A stretch of DNA of 17,845 bases from Candidatus Melainabacteria bacterium (GTDB taxonomy: Bacteria; Cyanobacteriota; Vampirovibrionia; Caenarcaniphilales; Caenarcanaceae). The notes beneath the pieces are model-generated. The model saw nothing but the letters and a program-made list of their open reading frames with translations. It ran no database searches and was not told the DNA's origin. Shown here piece after piece: positions 1-7,716 of the stretch; within the stretch, counting starts at the first letter, position 1; the number at the start of each line of letters is the position of its first letter. The stretch is taken from positions 1-17,845 of the forward strand of contig DUDU01000099.1 of NCBI GenBank assembly GCA_005110395.1. Direction: 5' to 3'. Both the position numbers and the translations under genes were made by a program.

Positions 1-476
1 ATTCATTAGACAAAATTGTTGGAGTAATTGGCAATCATTTAGGCTTGTGGTTTACTATTCCAGCTTTGCCGATTTTTCTGGGAATACGCCTTGGACAATT
101 GATTATGTATCCTGGTTTAGTCATCGCTTTGGGATTTCCTAAATACAATCAATCTGAGTGGATAAATGTTTCTCGACAAAAATTTGAAGGTTTGGTTGGG
201 CATGATTTGGTTTGGTGTTTATATTGCGATTGGATGACAGGAGTTTATTCATTGGGAGCCGAAATGCTTCGCAGCGTAGAGTCTTTTTGGTGTCCGATTC
301 GCTTTTACAATAATAAGAAATGTGAAAATTGCAAAATGGATTTTCCTGATTTGACTGATAAATGGGTTAAGCCAGAAGCTTCAATGAAAGATGTAGTTGA
401 GGCAATTGAAAAACACTATTCACCTAGTCCCAATACTCCAAGAAGCTGGTGGGGGCATCCTGAGAGGAAAAGCTGA
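1..476 (+). CDS. 3' portion of a conserved protein, truncated by the window start; hydrophobic segment followed by a Cys-rich tail (CxxC ... C ... CxxC)
   Basis: Frame 3 is open from position 3 through the M at 45, so the gene begins upstream of the window. Motifs WCLYCDWM, CPIRF and CENCK suggest a Zn-ribbon or metal-binding C-terminus. No confident family assignment. Confidence 0.45.
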   Translation, partial: SLDKIVGVIGNHLGLWFTIPALPIFLGIRLGQLIMYPGLVIALGFPKYNQSEWINVSRQKFEGLVGHDLVWCLYCDWMTGVYSLGAEMLRSVESFWCPIRFYNNKKCENCKMDFPDLTDKWVKPEASMKDVVEAIEKHYSPSPNTPRSWWGHPERKS

Positions 477-505
477 ATAGGAATGGGAGTATTGCCATTG
501 TTTAT

Positions 506-877
506 GTGATCATTGACGTTATTGATTCTCAGTTTCTTGTTGTTAAACTAGGCTTCAAGTTGCCAAATGTTTTGAATAAGATTATGAGAAACCATTATCT
601 ACCTATTTGTTACTTATCTCAATTTACTGATTCTAATGGAAAATTATTCGTATCAAAAAATGGAGAAAAGCCTTTTACTCCAAACCTAAAAAACTTTGGA
701 TTGGAAAAAGATTTATATAGTGGCCCTGATATTCAAGTTTCACCTGATGAAATAAAAGCGACAATTACTTCATTGAAAGATTTGGTCAGTGAAATAAATA
801 GTAGCGGTAGTTTGTCTTTTATTAATTCATTATTCGATGTTTTAATAAATCGAAGCACTAAACTGTCTGCCCACTAA
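506..877 (+). pseudogene. N-terminal fragment of a DUF4238-family protein, truncated at about one third of normal length
   Basis: The N-terminus matches the DUF4238 signature: MRNHYLPICYLSQFTD ... KNFGLEKDLYSG ... DEIKATI resembles HYvPqfYLrnF ... nF ... E. Intact members are about 270-330 aa; this ORF stops after 123 aa, directly abutting the higher-GC gene at 904-1344. Confidence 0.5.
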
Positions 878-903
878 CGCAAAACCCGTGTTAGGCTCAT
901 TCC

Positions 904-1344
904 TTATTCCGAAAAACTTCCGATATGCTTTCCGCCCTTAGCCAACTCTTTTGCGATTTGGGCAGAGGTGATCCCTATATTGCTAACACTTAGCATCCCA
1001 ATCCTGAATTCGTCGATACGTCGACCGGATCGTGTGAGCAGGTGGAGAGATGGATTACGATGATTGTCTTTTATCTTCCAGGCTGTAAGTTCAGATATAG
1101 GAACCCAAATTCGAGAGTAGCAACGAACAACAAGTATGCCCTGTTCTGATACAACGATTTTTCTTCGCATAACGCTCCATAATCCGTCTGCCGCGAATAA
1201 CAATGGCACAATCAGAAACACCCAACGTATAAAATCCGATTGGGGAATCGATAGGTGAATTGCGCACCCCAATGCTATTACCGCTAATGATACAACTGCG
1301 ATTAGACCGATTCGCTTTTTGTCAGCTTTAAGGACGATGCTCAT
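904..1344 (-). CDS. Small membrane protein with two N-terminal TM helices and a bacterial PH-like (bPH_2/YdbS-like) domain
   Basis: Two hydrophobic helices (IGLIAVVSLAVIALGCAI, WVFLIVPLLFAADGLW) followed by a beta-rich 'ILVVRCYSRIWVPISELTAWKI ... LHLLTRSGRRID' segment typical of bPH_2. The gene is clearly more GC-rich than its flanks. Confidence 0.45.
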   Translation of the reverse strand: MSIVLKADKKRIGLIAVVSLAVIALGCAIHLSIPQSDFIRWVFLIVPLLFAADGLWSVMRRKIVVSEQGILVVRCYSRIWVPISELTAWKIKDNHRNPSLHLLTRSGRRIDEFRIGMLSVSNIGITSAQIAKELAKGGKHIGSFSE

Positions 1345-1390
1345 GTTTTTCTGTCTAACATAAGATTAGGTGTACTACTGATAGTATATA

Positions 1391-1649
1391 CCTCTTAATC
1401 TCAGGAAGTTAACGCAACACCTCAAGACAAACAACGTCAAAGTTAAGGTTAAAAAGGTGAAGCAAAATGTACAGAAGGATTGGAATAGAAGAGCGTGAAA
1501 TTATCAGCCAAATGAGGTGTCAAGAAAAAGGAATTAATGAAATAGCCCGTGAATTAAAGAGAAGCCTAAGTTCAATCAGTAGAGAAATAAAGAAATTTTC
1601 GGTTCAAGGAAAATATTATTCTTATTTGGCCCAGCAACATTACTTCTAG
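1391..1649 (+). mobile_element. IS30-family remnant: terminal IR-like sequence plus the first ~60 codons (HTH domain) of the transposase
   Basis: The ORF 1467-1649 'RRIGIEEREIISQMRCQEKGINEIARELKRSLSSISREIKKF' matches the IS30-family N-terminal HTH (compare 'HLTLSEREEIRAGLSAKMSIRAIATALNRSPSTISREVQRN'). Upstream, 'CTTAATCTCAGGAAGTTAACGCAACAC' (1394-1420) resembles the IS30 terminal repeat core GTCAACGCAACAG. The transposase is cut off after the HTH. Confidence 0.6.
1394..1412. repeat. Left copy of a 19-bp perfect inverted repeat (CTTAATCTCAGGAAGTTAA), IS30-IR-like
   Basis: Exact reverse complement of 3942-3960. Lies immediately upstream of the IS30 transposase fragment. Confidence 0.7.
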
Positions 1650-1890
1650 AAAGCTGCTTCGAGCGAATACCCAAAAGATAAAGCTTGGATTTCATCAACT
1701 GAAGGGTAAAAATAGTATCTCTCAAACTCCTTTTCTTTGCTACCTGGCTGAAAATCATACAAATAAATTGATCATAACAACTAAATTCTTTGACTCTTTG
1801 GTTTTCATCATACCTTTCAACACATCGATTAAATTCATCGTGATCAATAAAGCTCATTAGTTGAGCAAAAATAGTTTGAGAAATTGGCAT
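1576..1890 (-). mobile_element. N-terminal fragment (DUF4372 domain) of an IS4-family transposase
   Basis: 'IFAQLMSFIDHDEFNRCVERYDENQRVKEFSCYDQFICMIFSQVAKKRSLRDTIFTLQLMKSKLYLLGIRSKQLSRSN' matches the DUF4372 N-terminus of IS4-family transposases (TIFSQLL ... FDKLVKKY ... KEFTCWNQFVAMLFAQL ... SLRDI ... KLYHLGI ... SRSTL). The DDE domain is absent. The 3' end overlaps the IS30 fragment. Confidence 0.55.
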
Positions 1891-2355
1891 AGTTTCTCCT
1901 CTAATTGGATAACCATGAAATTTTCCTTAAAGAATATCGTTGAAAGATTAAATCCCCCGAATTGCCCTTCTCATCATGCGTCGAAGTGTCTTAGCTGAAT
2001 ATTCGGCGGGCACTAGTGAGTTCTTAAAGTCTTCATGCACTTCTACAACTAATTGAATCCTGGCTACCATTTTGTTATGAGGAAAGTAATTTATTGAATT
2101 GTAACGGTCTTTCTTTTTATTAAAATGCTTTCAGTTAAACCTCATGACTATTTTTACCTCTTAACCTATTGCTTAGTTCTTCAATTCAGGGTACATTCAA
2201 AGAAATAGTGAAAAATTAGATAAAAAAATGAGCAAAGAAAAAAGCGTAAAAAAAGACATTAAAAAGAAACCGACCAAAACTTTGAAAGAAAAAAGAGCTG
2301 AAAAAAGAGACAAGAAATAAGTTCAATCAACTAGATTGGCAATCGGCAAAAGCAT

Positions 2356-3588
2356 TTATTGCAAAGCCTCAAAAAAACTTTTCACGCGAGGATGTGCTTT
2401 TACACTTCGTTTATTTAAACCTTTTACAAACAGTCCTTCAAGGCTCTTTGCTCGGGATAAAGCAACATAGGCTTGTCCATATTCAAATACTTTTGTTAAA
2501 TCGCATTCAACTTTATCGAGTGTCATTCCCTGGGATTTATGAATTGTAATTGCCCAAGCTAAGCGTAAAGGTATTTGCAATCTGGTGGCTAATTCATCTT
2601 CTTTGCTATTTATTTCCCAGGTATGTCTGCTTATTAATTTGGATTTACCATTATGAAATTTAACAAAAGGCATTCCATCAATAAAGTTTTCAACTATTCC
2701 AATTGATCCGTTGACAATTCCTTCTGCCTGCGAGAGATTATGTAAAAGCATCACCTGAGAGCCTTTTTTTAGTCTCAATTCTTCAGGAGCAATGCAATTC
2801 TTTCTTAGCATTTCAATAAATACTTTTTCTCCAGTATCTTCTGCCAAATAAATATATTCTTGCCCTTCAAGTTTTTTTAATTCACTCAAATTTGTTTGAT
2901 CAGCATCAGCATTATGACTAAAAAGTCTGGTTGGTTTAATTGTAGCTAAAAGTATATTAGTATCTTTTACTTGAGTGAGTATTTTTATACTTTCATCAGT
3001 ACATAGTCCTTTTCGCAAATTACCCAAAAGGTGAATGAATGATTCATCAGATTGTCTAAATACTTTTTGCATTTCACAAATGTTTATATTGGCATTCTCC
3101 CAAGACGAGCATTCAAAAGCAAATTGTCTTTCCTCATTGCTTCTTGTCACCGGAGGTAATTGAAAAAAATCACCAGATAGTATCATTTGAATGCCTCCAA
3201 AAGCTAAGTTTGTTCCTCTGATTTCTTTGAAAATAATATTAATTTTGTCTAGTAATTTGCCATCGATCATTGATATTTCATCAATAATTAGCTTTTGGCA
3301 AGCAAGAATTGATTTATAAGCTCGGCCTTTTTTGAGTAATATTCCATCGATTATTTCATCGGCACTTTTGTCGCCTAGTCCTAGCCCTGCCCATGAATGC
3401 AAAGTTATGCCACCAATATTCACGGCGGCAATTCCAGTACTTGCGGTTACATCAATTTGTTTGGCATGCTTTGTAATTAAATGCCGAATCAGAAAAGACT
3501 TGCCTGTTCCCGCCGCTCCAGTAATGAATACATTTTGTCCTTCATCTATCGTCTCTGCAATTATTTCTTGTTCTTCTGAAAGTTTCAT
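2356..3588 (-). CDS. pif1: Pif1-family (RecD-like, SF1B) ATP-dependent DNA helicase, apparently intact
   Basis: Walker A GAAGTGKS, Walker B DEISMI, motif GDFFQLPPV, motif ITIHKSQGMTLD, and a C-terminal YVALSRAKSLEGLFV. At 410 aa it is the size of the short bacterial Pif1 proteins. Confidence 0.8.
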   Translation of the reverse strand: MKLSEEQEIIAETIDEGQNVFITGAAGTGKSFLIRHLITKHAKQIDVTASTGIAAVNIGGITLHSWAGLGLGDKSADEIIDGILLKKGRAYKSILACQKLIIDEISMIDGKLLDKINIIFKEIRGTNLAFGGIQMILSGDFFQLPPVTRSNEERQFAFECSSWENANINICEMQKVFRQSDESFIHLLGNLRKGLCTDESIKILTQVKDTNILLATIKPTRLFSHNADADQTNLSELKKLEGQEYIYLAEDTGEKVFIEMLRKNCIAPEELRLKKGSQVMLLHNLSQAEGIVNGSIGIVENFIDGMPFVKFHNGKSKLISRHTWEINSKEDELATRLQIPLRLAWAITIHKSQGMTLDKVECDLTKVFEYGQAYVALSRAKSLEGLFVKGLNKRSVKAHPRVKSFFEALQ

Positions 3589-3717
3589 ATATGTGAAATG
3601 CGATTCATTAAGTTCACTAGAGAATTAAATTGATTACTTAACCAATGATGATATTGAAGGTATATTGTTGAGACGTTTTTGTGGGAAGTATTTTTGGGTT
3701 CAAGTTCAATAGTTAGT

Positions 3718-3761
3718 TGTAGAGTTTCACAACGTTGTGGATAAAAAGAAAGTTTCACCAG
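3718..3761 (+). repeat. Copy A of a 44-bp dispersed repeat TGTAGAGTTTCACAACGTTGTGGATAAAAAGAAAGTTTC[A/T]CCAG, with a perfect 12-bp palindrome CACAACGTTGTG (3728-3739)
   Basis: Identical over 39 bp (3718-3756) to 17633-17671, with one mismatch in the next 5 bp. The flanks are unrelated. Located upstream of the pif1 start. Confidence 0.8.
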
Positions 3762-3802
3762 TTTTATTTTCAAGATATCCATCGAGGGCACCTCTATTAA
3801 GT

Positions 3803-3895
3803 CTTTTCACCCCCCCAACCCCCTGAGAGGGGGCTTTTAGTTCTCTCTTTGAGAGCCACTTTGTAGGGGTCGGCGAAAACTGGGGGTTGAAAAAG
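3803..3895. other. GC-rich multi-hairpin element (possible structured ncRNA or tiny IR element) in an AT-rich intergenic region
   Basis: Outer arms CTTTTCACCCCCC (3803-3816) and TGGGGGTTGAAAAAG (3881-3895) are near-complementary. Inside are hairpins CCCCC-tgaga-GGGGG (3819-3833) and CTCTC-ttt-GAGAG (3843-3855). A further hairpin AAGCTT-N9-AAGCTT follows at 3893-3913. Confidence 0.4.
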
Positions 3896-3941
3896 CTTAG
3901 TTTTTAGAAGCTTCATAAAGGCAATTCGCCTTCTAAACTCT

Positions 3942-3960
3942 TTAACTTCCTGAGATTAAG
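3942..3960. repeat. Right copy of the 19-bp inverted repeat (TTAACTTCCTGAGATTAAG)
   Basis: Exact reverse complement of 1394-1412. There is no transposase coding sequence adjacent, so it behaves as a solo IR. Confidence 0.7.
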
Positions 3961-4117
3961 CTTTAAGAATCTTTGATAAACTCATCAGAAATTCTAAAGA
4001 ATTAATCTTTTATTTGATTCGGTTTTGATTCAGCCCCTTATCGAGGGATCAAGAACCAAGATCAGACAACATTAAATTGTGAATTTATAGAAACTGCTTA
4101 ATCAAAATCTAAACTAA

Positions 4118-4798
4118 GTGTCAAAAATATTTCGTCTCATTTTTTGTTTACTAGTATGCCAGATTTTATGCTCATGCTCTGAATTGATCATTTCAAATGA
4201 CAATTCAACAAGGAATAATTCTGCAAACAAAACTGAGAACAAATCTGAGAATAATAAAGGAAATACAAGCCACAAATTGCCGTATCAAGAATTGATTTCA
4301 GAAGAAATTGATATTGCCCCGCCAAATAAATTTGATTTTTGTTATCCAAAGCATCAAGTCAGAGTAAGCGATGGAGATACTGTCTCAATCAAATCAACTA
4401 ATCAGAAATCTCTCAGAGTCAGATTCATTGGAATTGATGCACCCGAAAAAGGGCAAGCGCCTCATGGAAAACAAGCAACTGAATATCTCAAAAAACTTAT
4501 TAATAATTCTCCCTCTGAAGACATATGTTGCGAAAAAGGGCATGAGCCCAAAGATAAATACGGTCGCAATTTAGCCTATTGCTGGGCTGGTTCAAAAATG
4601 CTTAATGCGGAAATGGTTAAAAGCGGAAATGCAATTACCCTTTTTATTGGCAAGAAAAATAATCAATATAAAGAGATAATGTTGGTGCTTGAAGAAGAGG
4701 CCGAGGAAGCAGAATTAGGCATTCATAATCCTAATAATTTGCTCCCAGAAACTCCTTATGAATGGCGTAAAAGACAAAAGAAAATCCACAAACATTGA
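4118..4798 (+). CDS. Secreted/lipoprotein staphylococcal-nuclease-like (SNase/thermonuclease) endonuclease
   Basis: N-terminal signal peptide ending ILCSCS (lipobox-like), then an N/K/E-rich linker, then an SNase core: RVSDGDTV ... VRFIGIDAPE ... GRNLAYCW. Confidence 0.8.
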   Translation: MSKIFRLIFCLLVCQILCSCSELIISNDNSTRNNSANKTENKSENNKGNTSHKLPYQELISEEIDIAPPNKFDFCYPKHQVRVSDGDTVSIKSTNQKSLRVRFIGIDAPEKGQAPHGKQATEYLKKLINNSPSEDICCEKGHEPKDKYGRNLAYCWAGSKMLNAEMVKSGNAITLFIGKKNNQYKEIMLVLEEEAEEAELGIHNPNNLLPETPYEWRKRQKKIHKH

Positions 4799-4835
4799 AT
4801 TCTGAATATTTTATTGGTGCAATTTACAAATCAAA

Positions 4836-5345
4836 ATGAATTATCGAATTGGACAAGGTTTTGATTCTCACCGTTTTTGTGAGACATCTGATGAAAAGCG
4901 ACCATTGATTTTGGGTGGAACAGAAATCCCATTTCCTAGAGGGCTTGCTGGCCACTCAGATGCTGATGCACTTATTCATGCAATTATTGATTCATTATTG
5001 GGTGCTACTGGAATGAGTGATATTGGTGAACTCTTTCCGCCATCAGATTCCAGATTCAAAAATATAAGTTCGGTCTTGCTGCTTAAAGAAGTTATTGAAT
5101 TAACGGAACAAAATGCTTGGAAAGTAATTAATATCGATTGCACTATTATTTGTGAAAAGCCAAAAATCAGTGATTATAAAACTGCAATGATTAGCAAATT
5201 GGCTAACGCGATGAAGATTAGTCAGGAACAAATAAGCCTTAAAGGTAAAACAGCTGAAAAGATGGGCGCACTTGGGCGGGAAGAAGGAATAGCCGTTATA
5301 GCAATTGCTCTGCTCGAAAAGATAAAACCTGATTTAGCTGAATAA
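4836..5345 (+). CDS. ispF: 2-C-methyl-D-erythritol 2,4-cyclodiphosphate synthase (MEP pathway)
   Basis: 'RIGQGFDSHRF ... LGG ... GHSDADALIHA ... MSDIGELFP' includes the canonical IspF metal-binding and substrate motifs. 169 aa. Confidence 0.9.
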   Translation: MNYRIGQGFDSHRFCETSDEKRPLILGGTEIPFPRGLAGHSDADALIHAIIDSLLGATGMSDIGELFPPSDSRFKNISSVLLLKEVIELTEQNAWKVINIDCTIICEKPKISDYKTAMISKLANAMKISQEQISLKGKTAEKMGALGREEGIAVIAIALLEKIKPDLAE

Positions 5346-5880
5346 ATCCATAAGTTGCGGCTGATAAAGTTGCCAAAATAACTGCAATCATTTTTGTTGA
5401 AAGTATGGATTGTAGAAATGATTTCTTGGAAGAAGAATTTAATGGCTTTTCATTAAGACTTTCTTCTTCATTAATGCTTGGAACTAATAAAAGCGAAACT
5501 GTTAAAAGCAAAATATCTTCAATAGTTGCAATCCACGGATCACGCCTAATTAAATTGCCATAACATCCGCAAGTAGGAGCTTTATGCATGCTGCCCCAAA
5601 TTGTAATAGGAATCATAAAAGCCAACAGAATCTGAGCAATAAAAAGACTTCTTCTAAGATTTAAATTTAAGATAATTGCCAGACCAACACAGACTTCCAA
5701 AGAAATAAGAATTACCGAAAAGAAATAAAGGTAAATATCAGGAACTGGTAATTGATAGGTAATAAGCTGCTTGAAAAAGTCTTTTAGAGGGAAAAGCTTG
5801 CTAATGCCTGCGACAAAAAATACACTACCGACTATATAACGAAGCAGGTGAATCAGCCAGAATTTACTAGAGTGAATCAT
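5296..5880 (-). CDS. MauE/DoxX-family integral membrane protein
   Basis: Four predicted TM helices, the DoxX-like start 'LLRYIVGSVFFVAGISKL', and the MauE-type 'APTCGCYG' Cys motif. Its 3' end overlaps ispF convergently by 50 bp. Confidence 0.55.
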   Translation of the reverse strand: MIHSSKFWLIHLLRYIVGSVFFVAGISKLFPLKDFFKQLITYQLPVPDIYLYFFSVILISLEVCVGLAIILNLNLRRSLFIAQILLAFMIPITIWGSMHKAPTCGCYGNLIRRDPWIATIEDILLLTVSLLLVPSINEEESLNEKPLNSSSKKSFLQSILSTKMIAVILATLSAATYGFIQLNQVLSFRAEQLL

Positions 5881-5956
5881 GAATTGAAGATCTAAACGCT
5901 CATAAAATCCAATTATTTATGGAGAGCAATTCAAATCTCAAGAATTTTATTACAAC

Positions 5957-7150
5957 TCAATCTAAATAAGCACTTTTGAGATTGGTATTTATTTTTTGTT
6001 TTCCTCTTTGTATTTCCAAATTAAATACTGAGCCGACTGGGCTTGTTCTGATCGAGTGAGTGAATTCTTGCGGCAATTTAATATCTTGCCCATTCACTTT
6101 TGTAATCAAATCCCCAATTTCAATGCCAGCTTGATTGGCTGGGCCACCTTTGAGAACATCTCGCACTAAAACACCTGATTGATTCTGATCTAAATTGTCA
6201 CTATTTCCTATTAGATTATTGCTATTTAAATTGACTATATAAAGCCCTACTGCAGGCCTTTTGACAATACCATCTTTAATTAATGAGCTTACAACTTTTC
6301 TTGCATAATTGGCTGGAATTGCAAAGCCAGGACTATGCGGTGCTAATTCAATAAAGCTAGTAATTCCAATCACTTCACCTTTTAAGTTAATAAGCGGGCC
6401 GCCGGAATTACCTGGATTGATTTGCGCATAAGTTTGTATATATTCCAAATCTCCAAAAAAAGCTTCTCGGCTGACTTGTGGCTTTTTACGAGATACCGCA
6501 CTAATAATGCCAAATCCCACGGTATGGTCTGCTCCAAGTGAACTTCCGATCGTTAAAGCAAATTCTCCGGCTCTAATTAGAGAAGTATCTCCCCATTCAA
6601 TTGGTCTGAGTCCAGATGCGTTTACTTTAATGACTGCAATATCGCTGTCTTCGTCTTGGCCTATGATTTGAGCGACATACCTACGTCCGTCATACATAAC
6701 CACTTCAACCTTTGAGGCTGGAACTTTTCTGCCATTTATATTTGGATTTATTACATGCTGATTAGTCACTATATAGCCATCAGAAGAAATAATAAAACCT
6801 GAGCCATCTCCAACTTTAGCTTCTACTTGGGAGATTTGAGGGACTACTTGATAAATTTTGCCTCTTCCGAAATCAAAGCTATCTGAAATCGTGGGAACAG
6901 CTCTTTTGCCTTTAACCGATATTTCAAGGCTTACAACCGATGCGGCAACATCTTCAGCAATATCAGCCACCGTTGATGATGTCAAATCAAAACCATTTGA
7001 ATAATTGTTTTTGCTACCAATCGATTTAACCGTTTTTAATTCTTCGGCAAGTGTTCTATTTGAATAGCTTACTAAAAGCAATGAAGCACAAAATATTGTA
7101 AAAGCTGGAAAGAAAATATTATTCAGTATTTTATTTTGGGATTGAAACAT
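5957..7150 (-). CDS. HtrA/Deg-family periplasmic serine protease (trypsin-like domain plus one PDZ), cyanobacterial HhoA/HhoB/HtrA-like
   Basis: N-terminal signal/TM, catalytic triad context (TNQHV, DIAV, GNSGGPL), and a C-terminal PDZ (GVLVRDVLKGGPANQAGIEIGDLITKVNGQDI). Confidence 0.85.
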   Translation of the reverse strand: MFQSQNKILNNIFFPAFTIFCASLLLVSYSNRTLAEELKTVKSIGSKNNYSNGFDLTSSTVADIAEDVAASVVSLEISVKGKRAVPTISDSFDFGRGKIYQVVPQISQVEAKVGDGSGFIISSDGYIVTNQHVINPNINGRKVPASKVEVVMYDGRRYVAQIIGQDEDSDIAVIKVNASGLRPIEWGDTSLIRAGEFALTIGSSLGADHTVGFGIISAVSRKKPQVSREAFFGDLEYIQTYAQINPGNSGGPLINLKGEVIGITSFIELAPHSPGFAIPANYARKVVSSLIKDGIVKRPAVGLYIVNLNSNNLIGNSDNLDQNQSGVLVRDVLKGGPANQAGIEIGDLITKVNGQDIKLPQEFTHSIRTSPVGSVFNLEIQRGKQKINTNLKSAYLD

Positions 7151-7716
7151 TTTGGAGATTTTAAGTGTTGGAGATTGAGGGTTTAAAGGCTTAAAGATTG
7201 AAAATTGTAAATTGCAAAATACATGTTTGATAATCTTGCTAAAAACTTTGAATATTGTGGATATTTATTTAAGATACCTTAGCTTGATGGTATTTCTCTT
7301 AATACATTAACTTTATAAAAACTTTTTGAAATGGGATTTGCCTTTTCTAAAACAATGACTAACATTACCTTTACATCAATTATGCTGCTCAGAATCTTAG
7401 GAAATAGCTTAGAGCATGCTTGAATTAATGCAATTTATGGTTTAGTCTATTATGTGTTAAGCCAAATTAACTGGCTTGCGTTTTTTGCTTGCACCTATGG
7501 ACTTTAAATAATTTAAGATAAAGCCAAATAAACTTATTTAGTGTTTTACGCTGAATTTATGGCTGATATCAACAATTCACGGGTTTGTATAACAAGCAAC
7601 TTTTATCACAAAAAATTCTATACATTACCTTCAAAAGCTCTCATGGCTTTGCACTATCCAAAGTGTCACTAAACTTATATCGCTCTCAATCTACTTGGCA
7701 ATAAAAGAAACAGATT

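Noticed and set aside
2155-2166. Third partial copy (TACCTCTTAAcC) of the IS30-like IR
   Set aside because: Only a 10-11-bp match, which is near chance expectation for a window this size. Mentioned only as a possible relic.
3332-3791. ORFs 3332-3628 (+) and 3585-3791 (-) overlapping the pif1 gene and its start
   Set aside because: They are antisense or overlapping to a well-supported CDS, have low-complexity Ser/Pro or Ile-rich composition, and show no recognisable motifs. Likely spurious.
3690-3900. Possible tRNA or tmRNA in the GC-rich stretch upstream of pif1
   Set aside because: No T-arm consensus (GGTTCGAATCC-like stem-loop) and no acceptor or anticodon-arm geometry could be found. GGGTTCAAGTTCAA at ~3695 does not form a T-stem. 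The stretch is better described as a generic hairpin cluster.
4371-4574. 67-aa ORF internal to the SNase gene in another frame
   Set aside because: It is fully embedded in a confidently assigned CDS and has no motifs.
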